Shown here in pieces: positions 13,378 to 24,860 of a stretch of DNA of 64,000 bases. A program made the position numbers and the translations under genes. Origin of the DNA: Squalus acanthias (taxonomy: Eukaryota). The stretch lies in assembly GCA_030390025.1 (NCBI GenBank), contig CM059432.1, forward strand, positions 37,884,001 through 37,948,000, written 5' to 3'. Numbering within the stretch: the first letter of the stretch is position 1; each line of letters begins with the position of its first letter. The notes under the pieces were generated by a model. The model was not told where the DNA came from and did no database searches. It worked only from the letters and a program-made list of their open reading frames with translations.

Positions 13378-15008
13378 AAGAGGGGGAACTTAAAACAATC
13401 ACTATCACTAGAGAGAAAGTGCTAGGCAAACTAATGGGACTAAAGGCTGACAAGTCCCCTGGACCTGATGGCCTGCATCCTAGAGTCTTAAAAGAGGTGG
13501 CTGCAGAGATAGTGGATGCATTGGTTGTAATCTACCAAAATTCCCTGGTTCTGGAGAGGTCCCAGTGGACTGGAAAACTGTAAATGTAACGCCCCTATTT
13601 AAGAAAGGAGGGAGACAGAAAGCAGAAAACTATCGACCAGTTAGCCTAACAGCTGTCATTGGGAAAATGCTGGAGTCCATCATTAAGGAAGTGATAACAG
13701 GACATTTAGAAAATCATAATATAGTCATGCAGAGTCAGCATGGTTTTATGAAAGGGAAATCATGTTTGACAAATTTGCTGGAGTTCTTTGAGGATGTAAC
13801 GAGCAGGGTGGATAAAGGGGAACCAATAGATGTGGTGTATAGGATTTCCAGAAGGCATTCGATAAGGTGCCACATAAAAGGTTACTACACAAGATAAGAG
13901 CTCACGGGGTTGGGGGTAATACATTAGCATGGATGAAGGATTGGCTAACTAACAGAAAACAGAGAGTCGGGATAAATGGGTCATTTTCAGGTTAGCAAAC
14001 TGTAACTAGTGGGGTGCCACAGGGATCAGTGCTGGGGCCTCAACTATTTACAATCTATATTAATGACTTGGATGAAGGGATCGAGTGTACTGTAGCCAAA
14101 TTTGCTGATGATACAAAGATAGATGGGAAAGCAAATTGTGTGGAGGACGCAAAGAATCTCCAAAGTGATATGGATAGGCTAAGTGAGTGGGCAAAAATCT
14201 GGCAGATGGAGTTTAATGTGGGAAAATGCAAGGTTATCCAATTTGGTAGGAAAAATAAAAAAGCAAATTATTTAAATGGGGAGAGATTACAAAATGCTGA
14301 GGTACAGAGGGATCTGGGGGTCCTTGTACATGAATCACAAAAAGTTAGCCTGCAGGTACAGCAAGTAATTAGGAAGGCAAATGGAGTGTTGGCCTTTATT
14401 GCAAAGGGAATGGAGTATAAAAGTAGGGAAGTCCTGTTACAACTATACAGGGCGTTGGTGAGACCACACCTGGAGTACTGCGTACAGTTTTGGTCTCCTT
14501 ATTTAAGGAAGGATATACTTGCATTTCAGAGAAGGTTCACGAGGTTGATTCCGGAGATGAAGGGGTTGTCTTATGAAGAAAGGTTGAGCAGGTTGGGCCT
14601 ATACTCATTGGAGTTTAGAAGAATGAGAGGGGATCTTATTGAAACATAAAAGATTCTGAAGGGGCTCGACAGGGTAGACGCAGAGAGGATGTTTCCCCTC
14701 GTGGGGGAATCTAGAACTAGGGGGCATAATTTCAGAATAAGGGGGCACCCATTTAAATCGGAAATGAGAAGGAGTTTCTTCTCTCAGAGGGTCGTGAATC
14801 TTTGGAATTCTCTTCCCCAGAGAGCTGTGGAGGCTGGGTCATTGAATAGATTTAAGGTGGAGATAGACAGATTTTTGAACGATAAGGGAGTCAAGGGTTG
14901 TGGGGAGCAGGCAGGGAAGTGGAGTTGGGGCCAAGATCAGATCAGCCATGATCTTATTGAATGGCGGAGCAGGCTCGACCTACTCCTGCTCCGACATCTT
15001 ATGTTCCC
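13378..15008 (+). mobile_element. 5'-truncated CR1 LINE nested in the Harbinger
   Basis: [38 protein letters not shown] and LEYCVQFWSP motifs; stops and frameshifts. Confidence 0.95.
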
Positions 15009-15229
15009 GTGAATCAGCACAACGGAGCAGTGTGAACAGGCGAGATCAACAAGTGACTGAGCACAGAGTCAATCGGCCGCAAGTATCTGGGGAGGGGTCA
15101 TATAAAAGCCACTCTGAAAATTACAACTTCAGAGTGAGGCTAAAGAGAAGAAGGTAAAAGGACATAACTCTCTCGTTGGAAAAAAAAATGCCATGTGGCC
15201 TGACTTATCCTATTGATTGATTGAATGTA

Positions 15230-15810
15230 TGGCAGTAGTGAATGATTTCAATCTGAGCACTGCGCTACTTGATTTAAGGAACGGCACTGACCTGATTGAT
15301 TTAACTTTAACTTTAATTTATTAATTTTAATCATGCAAAAGCTTTAAGAACAGTGATGAGTATTATCAATCTGAACAGTGTGCAAACTGATTTAAGGAAT
15401 GCACTAATCCGATTGATTTGATTTAAATTTAATTTTAATTCATTATAATTTAAATCACACAAAAGGTTTAAGAGCAGTGATGAGTATTTTCAATCGGAGT
15501 AGTGTGCAAATTGATTTAAGGAATGCATGGATCTGATTAATTTTAAATTAATAATGCAAAGTTTTAAGAGAAGTGAGAATTTGCAATCTGAGCAGTGTGC
15601 AAATTGATATTAAAACCTGCATTCATCTAATTAATTTTATTTAAATTAATTTTAAATTAATAATGCAAAGTTTTAAGAGCAGTGACAGACTTTGCAATTT
15701 GAGCAGTGTGCAAATTGATATTAAAAACTGCATTCATCTATAATTTAAATTAATAATGCAAAGTTTTAAGAGCGGTGAGAGTGTTTGCAAACCTGAGTCG
15801 TGTGCCAAGT
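15230..15810. repeat. Degenerate tandem array, about 6 units of ~95-125 bp
   Basis: Block gcagtga...caatctgagcagtgtgcaaattgat recurs near 15232, 15350, 15473, 15570, 15679 and 15772, separated by AT-rich linkers. Confidence 0.85.
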
Positions 15811-16283
15811 AGTCTGAAAGAATTGTGTAATTTTTCCCTACCTGCAGATGACTGATTCAAAGAAAATTAGGAATGGCCGCAAAAGGGTCTACAACTTTGC
15901 TCGTGATGACCTGCAGGCCCTGCCTCGTCTAGGGCAGTGAGGAGACATGCCTGGAGGGAGGTGGCAGATAAGGGTCAGCGTTGGTCTCCAGGATGGCGGT
16001 TCAATGCCGGAAGAAATTTAATGACCTGACAAGGTCGGAGAAGGTAAGAAATTTGTCGGACTCAGGCGAAGTAACAGTGAAGGGGTAATTACTAGTCCTA
16101 GCCCCTTTAGGGCTACCCCGGATCAGGCGTATTCCTCAGACATTCACTTTCAACTAAAGTTTGAGGTAGCCGAATCCTAAAGACGCTTAATTGGGTCTAA
16201 TGGTCCGGACTATCTCTCCCTAAAGGAACAACCTGAAAATGTTACCGTCCTCTAGATAGCACTTTTAATAAGTTTAGCTAGAC

Positions 16284-17235
16284 TGTAACGTTCCGGATAT
16301 TATGAGGGTCCAGAAAACTCCCCCAGAATTCTGCAACTCCTCACCAAAGAGTGTACAGAAATTGAGTTTGCGAGTTTTTGATACAGAAGTCTTATGTGAG
16401 ACAATTCTAAAAATATAGAGATTTATTAAAGAACTGACATGTAATTTACAGTTGGTGAGTCAATCGCAACATTAACAATTCCGAAAAGTGAAAGCTTACA
16501 ATCTTATCAGAGAACCTTACTCTCAAATCTTAACTTCGCTACAGTTTTACAGTTCTTAGTGCTCTACAGGATATCCACCAAAATCAAATACCTTTGATCC
16601 CCGAGTTGGAGACTTACAGAGCCACCTCTGAAGCCGAGAATCGCTTTGCCCGATTAAAGCGAGTCTACTGTCCCATTTGAGAGTTCAATATTTATACCCT
16701 TTTCCAGTGGTATTTCCTTTAAGGTTTTCTGCTGATGCAAGCTAATTATATCTAGTCATTTTTCTGCTGACCTCTGCAATTCTTACTGCCAGATCAGCTG
16801 GTAGCATTACAGAATCGTGTCTCATCTCTAGGTGTTCAAAGTTTACCATATAAAAAACGGTGACACAGCAGGTGTTTCTTACTTTGTCATCTTTACGAGG
16901 GCAGATGTTCCTTACTTTATGTGCTTCTTTACGAAGTGTAAATTAGAACACCTTATCCAGGGTGAACCATTGTTTCGTTCCCAAAGGTCAGCCTGTCAGG
17001 AGCCTTTAACCTTCTGTTTCAATAAGGTTATTTATTCAGGGTCAACAACTACCTTATTTCAATAGCCAAAATGCTTTCACAGCTTTATCTCAATAGCCAG
17101 AATGCTTTCATAGCTATTTCATAGTTAGGTTTCTAGATTTCCAAACCCAGTTTGTCATGTTTTAATAAGGCCAGAATTCTTTCATAAGATAGTGTATTTT
17201 TCTGAATAGGTTAAATGGCTTATTCCTTCACAACA
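16284..17235 (-). mobile_element. Candidate solo LTR
   Basis: TGT...ACA ends; near-TSD agac/ggac. On the minus strand, TATAAA (~16691-16696) is followed by AATAAA (~16423-16428). No PBS, PPT or coding sequence. Confidence 0.45.
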
Positions 17236-17549
17236 GGACAAACAAACAATCTGTCGGAGAGGACTGAACCCTTCTCTCTTGATATACGAACAGCAGCAGC
17301 TCGCTGGAATTGCTCGCAACACATTTGAATCTTTTAATTCTGTCTTTGCAAGCCAAGAATGCACACAATGCCCGGGAGAGGGCAAAGACTGGTGGGGGCA
17401 TCCTAAGCCTCAAGGTGTTGATCTCCCATGAGCAGAAGACATTGGAGCTGCTGGGGAGATGCACCGTCGTGGCTGTGATGCAGGCCCAGGCAGTTTGGGA
17501 AGAGTCCTAACAACCGGTGAGTACCTAACCTTTAGTCATTCAACCCTGC

Positions 17550-17758
17550 ACTATTTATCCCTCAACCAACATCACTAAAACAGATTATCTGGTCATTATC
17601 ACATTGCTGTTTGTGGGACCTTGCGCAATTTGGCTGCCACGTTTCCTACTTTACAACAGTGACTATGCTTCAAAAAGTACTTCATTGGCTGTAAAGCGCT
17701 TTGGGATGTGCGGTGGTCATGAAAGGTGCTATATAAATGCAAGTCTTTCTTTCTTTCT
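17550..17758 (+). mobile_element. 3' portion of Deu-domain SINE
   Basis: Homologous to the reverse complement of 58070-58270; ends gtgctatataaatgcaagtctttcttt. Confidence 0.8.
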
Positions 17759-19347
17759 TCCATATAAGACATTGGCAGCTCTGCCACCCACACCACTCCC
17801 CTTTCTTTCCTTGCAATATAAACATTTGAATCATCTGTTTTTTCCCCCTGCAGCTAAGAAACGATCGAACGCGGTTCCGCTGGAGGAGGGGCACGTGTGT
17901 GGGAAAGTGAGGCGGAGCAGCTCCAGTGGGAGATGGAGGGAGGGGGTCCTGGCTTCAGACAGCTCGTGCCCTACGAAGGACTAATGGGAAGCCAGGGATC
18001 CTCACCAACACTCCTTCCTGGGATTGACCCCTCAACCCCACCCTTAGGCCACACCCCCAAGCAGAGAGACAGTCAACCGACTCTCCTCAAACTGGCACCA
18101 ACACGGACACACATGACCATGCTTGAAGTGTGATTCTGGGCCGCAGTAGCTTACAGGCGTCTGACTCCAGCAGCACTATGGAGGTAGGATACTTGGAGGT
18201 GGAGGATGTATCTGCCTCTCTGCTGAGACTGGCCAGATGGCGGAGACAAAACAGTGAGTCAGCAGAGATGAGGAGGCATCTGATGATGGAGCAACAGAGG
18301 GGGATGAATTCCCTGTCCTCCATCAAGGACACGCTGGATAACCTTGCTGGCCTGGTCTCAGAATCTGCTGTGCAGATCTGCAACAACACTGAACAGGTAA
18401 CGGCTGTAGTCCATGAGCCTATCCAACAGTTGACTACTGCCTTGGGCAATCCGGCAGGTCCTCTGTAAGGGGACAATAAAAGTAGAAGCTAGGGCCCCTA
18501 ACTCAATGGATATTCAGGCCTCAGGAGACAGACTGGAGGTTGTCGTAAGTGAGGTCTTACAGCCCGTCAATGAGACCTTGCGGGGCATCATTCCACACAT
18601 CATGGCGGTTGATGAGCTTGTCGGTGAACTCTGCACTGGTGGATTGCATTGTAGGGTCCATGTGGCTGATGCTTCCACCTCCATGGGTGGCAGCACCACC
18701 CTGGACTCCAGCCTTCGAGCAGTAGGCACGTTGCCAGCGGTACACGGCAGGTCGCACAAAGCGGCTCAAGATCTCAATTCTGGGACACAGGCAGCAGCAT
18801 CGCTGCTCCAGGAGCAGTCGGGCGTAAAAGTTGGCGAGTCTTAGGCCCATGGCTCATCAGAACGACATTCCTCCACACCACAGGTAGACGCACCATCCAC
18901 AGTGGCTGGTAGACAGTGCAGGGGGGCAGCAGGTAGAAGAGCTCATCTGAGCACAGGAGCCAAGCGATGTGCCTCGAGAATGATGGGGGAACTTTTTCCC
19001 GTCTCTACTACCTCCATTCTCTCCTCCTTGTCGTCCAAGAGGGAAACTGATAGAGCATTGACTGTACTTTTATTAGTTATTTGTTTGCAGTTTTCTAAAG
19101 TTTTTTTGAATAATTGTTTGCACGCTTAAAGTTGAAATTTTGTACTTTCCAATCTGTGTACATTTCTGAATAAATATATCCACTCTTCTTGTTTAGAAGA
19201 ATGTTTATAAAATGTTAAAAAATTTTTAAATACGCTGCAACAAATGTGAATAAACAGATTTTTACTATATTTTTGAACTGGAAAATTAGATTCATTTAAC
19301 ATTAACAATTGGAGATTGGAATAAATCGCTTGATTTTTGAAATCTCA

Positions 19348-20004
19348 GGGCTGGATTTTCATTGACCCGTGGAGGTGGGTTTGGAGGTGTGTGGGGGGTT
19401 AAAATTGCGAAAACTGGCGGACGGGCACAAGCCCGCCTCCATGCAATTTTCATTAAATCGTGTCGGTTGGTCCCAACTCCGTCCCGCCTCTAAGAGGCGG
19501 GATAGGCTGTTAAGGCCCTTAACAAGCACGAAATTGCCTCTATAATGCCATTTTGAAAGGCCTTTGTGATTTTAACCCTTTTTCTAAGTGAAGCACGCCT
19601 GTTCTGAACCACGAATGTGAAACCTGGCGGGAGCACATTTGGATGGCTGGCTGGCTGGATGACATATCTGGGAGTGGTGGTGGATGGATGACATATCTGG
19701 GAGTGGTGGTGCAAAAATATCTGGAAGCAGACTTAGGGCTGCTTCTGCTCATTTTGCATCCAGGTCCTCTCACAGCAAAGGCCAGGCAGTCTTTGCAGAC
19801 CTTCAATGCAGCAGCAATGATGACATCATCAGAGGCGACTTTCAGACTGAAAACATTAATTGGTTCATGGGTTCCCACATGCTGGAACTCAATTGCCCAA
19901 TTAGGTGAAAATTGCATCAATCTCTCACATCCAATTGCTGTCGAGTGGATAACACGGAAAGTGGATGACACGACGCCAACCGCCCCAGTATCAAAATCCA
20001 GCCC
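19348..20004. mobile_element. Harbinger-type MITE (inverted copy of 7272-7939)
   Basis: TIRs gggctggatttt...aaaatccagccc; TSD TCA/TCA. Confidence 0.88.
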
Positions 20005-20049
20005 TCAGTGTCAGAGTCTTCCTCTGCTCTCAGTACAGGGACAGGTGGG

Positions 20050-21980
20050 AGGGGACATGAGGTGTGGCTCATTCTGTCAAAATGTGCTCTATAAGCCGTG
20101 CTCTGACAGCCTTGCCCTGTTGAGAGGTTGCCTCCTGTGCAGGCTCAGCACTCCTCGGCTCCGGTTCCTGAGGCACAACATTTAGCTCAATGTGCTCCTC
20201 TCCCGGTCTAGACCTTGCTCGAGAGCGAAGTTATGCAGAGGCGCAGCACACTCGGATGATCCTGGCCATGCTCTCTGGGGAATACTGCAGTACGCCCCCA
20301 GATCTATCCAAGCACCTGAAGCAGCTTTTCAGGGCCTCAAATGGCTCTCTCCTCGATCTGTCTGGTGCAGACATGTGCTTCAGTAAATTACACTTCTGCC
20401 TCATTTGTGGTGCTCAAAATGGAGTCATCAGCCATGACAGCAGGGGTAGGCCTTGCCTCTAATTAGGCAACCATCAGGTCGACCACCTTTCCTGAATATG
20501 CAAGCTATGTCCAAGTTCCTCTCAATGATTCACGCGTTGATCCAGCTTGCATTGCATTCACATGGAGTATTCACAGATGGTTCGCACACTAACTGAACAC
20601 TATGGGCTGGATTTTGCCAGCCCCGAGGAGGCGGGACTGCCGGGAAAATGGCAGAAACTGGGAGCGGGTACCAACCCCGCTCTCAATCCGCCTCCGTGCC
20701 ATCTTCCCGGGAAGCAGGTCCCCGAGTTGCGCAGGGACCCGTCTCCTCGAGGCAGGAAGGGGATTAGAGCCAATTAACTGCCTGTTAACAGGTAGTTAAC
20801 AGGCAGTTTTGAGGCTTTTCCCCATTTTACACCTGTAATTGCGGGCTTCCCGACGGCTGCGAACCTCGCCAGGGTCAGAGAGGTGAGCAGTGGTTCTGCG
20901 GGGGTGAGGGGGGTCAAAATGTCAGATGTAGAGGTGAGTGATGGGTGCAAGTGTAGACAGGTAAGCATGAGAGATGAGTGTTAAGTTTTGGAAAAAGTTT
21001 CCTTACCTTTGCTTCAACCGTTGAGGATCTCAACGGCTGAGATGACGGAATGGCTGCGGCATTCTCAGATGCAGCAGCCATCTGCTTTCTGCTGAGGAGA
21101 GGTGTCTTGGTAAGCCTTTGTGCAAGGGCTCACCTTAGAACAGAGATTGCCAGTGTTTGACAGCTTCTCAAAGCTGTCAAACGCTGACAATTCACCTGTC
21201 AAAAATTTGACAGATGAAGCGTCATATGCTGACGTCATCTGTCACCGGCTTTCCCTTAATTGGCCGGTAAGCCCACAGGGCGTGCTTAACAAGGCCAATC
21301 AAGGGAAAATAGTGTGGGTTCATCATATGTTGCTGGGGGCGGGACTAGAACCCGGAAGGCAGCAGTCCCACCCCCAACTCATCTCGGCTGGCAAAATCCA
21401 GCCCTAAGGGACTGGAATCCCTTTCTGTTCAGGTAGTTCTGTGCGTCCTCACAGGTGAGCTTCAATGCCATGTCAGAGCCACTGATTGCTCCAAGCACCT
21501 TTGGGAAGCCAGATATTCTATAAAACTCCAGTGACCTCTGCCGCTGCTGCACGAGCGTTACATCAAATGTAATAAAGTAATTTACCCTGCAGAACAGGGC
21601 ATGAGTCACCTGCCGGATGCTGGCCTTCACTGCCCTTTGGCTGATCCGGCACAGATTCCCCCGTCGATGCCTGGAACGAGTCACTCCGATAAACATTTAA
21701 AGCGGTTATAAGCTTCATCGCCATGGTGATGGCCATGCTAGTCGATGATCGAGGCCTCAGGTCCTCCCGCAGTTTGTCATGGAGCTGGCTGAATGCCACC
21801 TTGGTGAAGCACAGATGGCGCATGACCAGCTTCTCTGACATCTCCTCGTAACTCGAGCGAGGCCTGTAAACACGAGTGGAGTAACTACAGATGGGGTGAA
21901 CTCTCCACCTCGTTGAACCTCGACAGCTCTCTCTCTTCCAGCATTTATAAAGACCAGAGGGATGGCAAGAAAATGCGCCA
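20050..21980 (-). pseudogene. Harbinger (HARBI1-like) DDE transposase relic, split by a MITE
   Basis: GFPKVLGAI...YLNRKGFQSL / VQLVC...WLMTP...FRCLDRSGGVLQYSP...IIRVCC motifs; multiple frameshifts. Confidence 0.9.
20604..21404. mobile_element. Harbinger-type MITE inserted in the transposase
   Basis: TIRs gggctggattttgccagcc...ggctggcaaaatccagccc; near-TSD TAT/TAA. Transposase sequence resumes on both sides. Confidence 0.88.
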
Positions 21981-22283
21981 TTTTAAACTTTCGATTATAA
22001 ATCAAAAAAATAAACAAAGCGGAAACTCCTAGCAATATGAGGAGGTAATAATGTAAATATGACTATATTTAAACTATTTAACACATAAGGCTCAATTTAA
22101 ATAAACTATTATCTGTAGGCTTGTACCTTGCTGAAACGATTGGTCACTGCAGGAAGGCTGGAATCACATGACTATGGGTGCCTGCACACCAAAAAAAAAA
22201 AAATTGCAATCTGAAGACCCTCCTTAAGCAGCTGCAAACAAGCGCAGTCAGCGGAACCTCGTCACGGTCACTATTTCGATCGG

Positions 22284-22284
<1 letters not shown>

Positions 22285-22331
<47 letters not shown>
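22285..22331 (+). repeat. Poly-G tract (47 nt)
   Basis: Direct observation. Confidence 0.95.
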
Positions 22332-22333
<2 letters not shown>

Positions 22334-22714
22334 AGATTTGTGGGCGCAGCCGGCTTCCAGCACAATGTTTTTTAAACCAGCATTGAAGACCGTGGAAACT
22401 TGAATTACACTCGACATAATTTGCGCTTAGAATTTTGCGATCCTTTGCGCTGGTTTGGCCGATTTCAAGCGGATTGCACTGATAAAACCAGCACAATCCA
22501 GAGGAAACGCCAGGCCAGGATCTTTAAGAAACACTGAAGGAAGGAGCACTTCAGACATTTTAGGCGGAATCTGAAAGGTCAGCTGGGTGAAAGTGCTCTA
22601 ACCCAATTAACTTAACAAGCACTCCCAGAGTGAGCTGCACAATGTCACATGAAGTGCAAAGCCTCTTACAGTGCCTCCAATATATTAACACTCCTTCATC
22701 CACTGCTGTGGTGT

Positions 22715-23290
22715 ATCATAGAAATCATAGAAAGTTACAGCATGGAAAGAGGACTTTTCGACCCATCGTGTCCACGCCGGCCGACAAAGAGCTATCCAGC
22801 CTAATCCCACTTCCCACCTCTTGGTCCGTAGCCCTGTAGGTTAGAGCACTTCAAGTGAACATCCAAGCACTTTTTAAATGTGATGAGGGTTTCTGCCTCT
22901 ACCACCCTTTCAGACAGTGAGTTCCAGACCCCCACCACCCTCTGGGTGAAGAAATTTCCCCTCAAATCTCCTCTAAACCTCCTACCAATTACTTTAAATC
23001 TATGCCCCCTGGTTGTTGACCCCTCTGCTAAGGGAAATAGGTCCTTCCTATCCACTCTATCTAGGCCCCTCATAATTTTATACACCTCAATAAGGTCTCC
23101 CCTCAGCCTCCTCTGTTCCAAAGAAAACAATCCCAGCCTATCCAATCTTTCCTTGTAGCTAAAATTCTCCAGTCCTGGCAACATCCTCGTAAATCTCCTC
23201 TGTACCCTCTCGAGTGCAATCACATCCTTCCTGTAATGTGGTGACCAGAACTGCACGCAGTATTCTAGCTGCAGCCTAACTAGTGTTTTA
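22715..23290 (-). mobile_element. CR1 LINE 3' end
   Basis: QFWSPHYRKDVIALERVQRRFTRM. 3' short-repeat tail (atcatagaa)n on the + strand. Confidence 0.92.
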
Positions 23291-23463
23291 ATGTAAAATT
23301 TTGCGATCCTTTGCGCTGGTTGTTTTGTTTTCCTTCGTTGGTTAGCTTTAAAGAAACAGTTATTGCCAAAGTGACATTAACACAACTGTAGAATTCCTTC
23401 ACCACATTTTTCATGTATGTATCCATCTGATGTAACTAAAACAGGAAACTTAACTCACTTAAT

Positions 23464-23649
23464 GGGGGGTCAATTTAACTCAATTCACCGGATGAGAAAC
23501 CCATGGGATCGGGTAGAATGCCAGTTTTACACCCCACCCAATATCACTCACCATTGGCTTCAGTGGAGAATAAAAATCGTGCAGGTTGTAAATCCAGCGT
23601 TGCACCCTATCCCATCAGTTTCCTGATGGGTGGGTTTAAAATTTTCCCC
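23464..23649. mobile_element. Short MITE
   Basis: Imperfect TIRs gggggtcaattt...aaattttcccc; TSD AAT/AAT; internal inverted similarity. Confidence 0.55.
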
Positions 23650-24446
23650 AATGTCTGTGAAACTCCGGCGCAAGTGCAATGTGTGTAGGCTGGGGTGAGC
23701 GGCAAGATCACGTCATGGTGCCGCAGGAGGCCTGGAGCGATTTTAACTCCTGGGCCTCATTTCCACATTTGAGATCCAAATTCAATGGGAATCAGTAGAT
23801 GGCCGGCAGGTGGAGGCGGGATTTCAGGCGGTAGGAGGCCGCCATCGAGGACCCAAGGGTGATGGTCCCTAGCACGAAGGCAAGTGGTTAAGGGGTGTGG
23901 AGAGGCAATGGCAGTCGAGGGCAGGGGGAGGAAAGCCTGGACAAAGGAGGTCCAAGGTTTCCTCGTGGGGCCACCGAGGAGCACGCCAGCTCCATCTGGT
24001 GCACAAGTAAACCATTACTTTTTTTTAAATTATCAAAACAGCTTATCCAGCTGAGCCTTTTCTGGCCCCGATCCAGTTTGCTGCCAGATTTTTCGGGCAG
24101 CTCTGGCACTAGTCGAGACTCACGCGACTGCGAGTTAAAATCATATCAGGGTCCTATTTGTGTCATAAGACTCCAACTTTTGCACACTTATGAGGACTAC
24201 CGATGTGAGTAAAGTGCAACAATTGAAAATCTGTGCCACGTAGATGCTTTAAATCAGTCAAAACTACAAAAATGTGCACTGCAGGAATCTAAAGCAAGGT
24301 AAAAGGGATACTTAGAGCATATAATGAAAATATGTGCTAAATGATCTAAAAACTAAACTATGAAAAAGAGACTTGAAGAATACTTAGAATTTCTATTAAC
24401 ATTAGTCTTAAAATGAAAGTTGCTTTAAATAAAATAGTAAATGTAC

Positions 24447-24481
24447 CTGAAGGATGAGAGGCAGAGACCAATAGCACCACA
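24447..24481 (-). CDS. TMEM241: TMEM241 exon (35 nt; [S]VVLLVSASHPS[G])
   Basis: Acceptor ctttcctctgattacAG, donor GTacat; phase 2-1. Matches human SVVLLAFASHPTG (recalled). Confidence 0.92.
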
Positions 24482-24860
24482 CTGTAATCAGAGGAAAGAT
24501 AAATAAGGAGTTGCAAAACTATCCACTGTTTTCACTTACTATGAAGCACTACTAAAACCTTACTGCAGTCATGTAACTCATCCAGTCATTGTTTGGATTG
24601 AATAGAAAGACGGTACTTTGGGAAGCGGAGAAGTAGAGTTAGTCCGGGCGCAGGAGATTTACTGCAGTGCCAATAGAGGGGCTAGGAGACGTAAAACTCA
24701 GGCACAATAGCACCATCACAGGTGGGAAGCTTCAATATTATTTAGACAAGTTTACAAAGGCGGTTTCCTTCATAAATATAGAAAAAGGAATTCATAATGG
24801 CAAAGTTGACAACAGTGCCACAAAGCGTGACAAACAAAAGTTCACGTAGACAACACACAC

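Larger units (their letters stand above)
15848..18970 (+). pseudogene. Harbinger Myb/SANT-like DNA-binding protein gene relic (about 3 exons: 15848-16043, ~17352-17516, 17854-~18970)
   Basis: RKRVYNFARDDLQAL...AWREVA...QCRKKFNDL, then donor GTaag; next exon KNAHNARERAKTGGG. Frameshifts and stops; the second acceptor appears mutated. Confidence 0.8.
13248..22516. mobile_element. Decayed two-gene PIF/Harbinger transposon with nested insertions
   Basis: Convergent Myb/SANT-like gene (+) and DDE transposase (-) relics. Degenerate candidate termini gggttagagtttc and gaaacgccaggcc; the ends are approximate. Confidence 0.75.

Noticed and set aside
15230..15810. CRISPR-like repeat/spacer appearance
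   Set aside because: Repeats are long and degenerate, linkers are related AT-rich sequence, there are no cas genes, and the context is a eukaryotic transposon.
20050..21980. Domesticated HARBI1 gene
   Set aside because: Frameshifts, stops, a MITE insertion and an adjacent Myb partner indicate a dead transposon.
22144..22496. Poly-Pro and poly-Gly ORFs
   Set aside because: Produced by the 47-nt G homopolymer, whose length may itself be a sequencing artefact.
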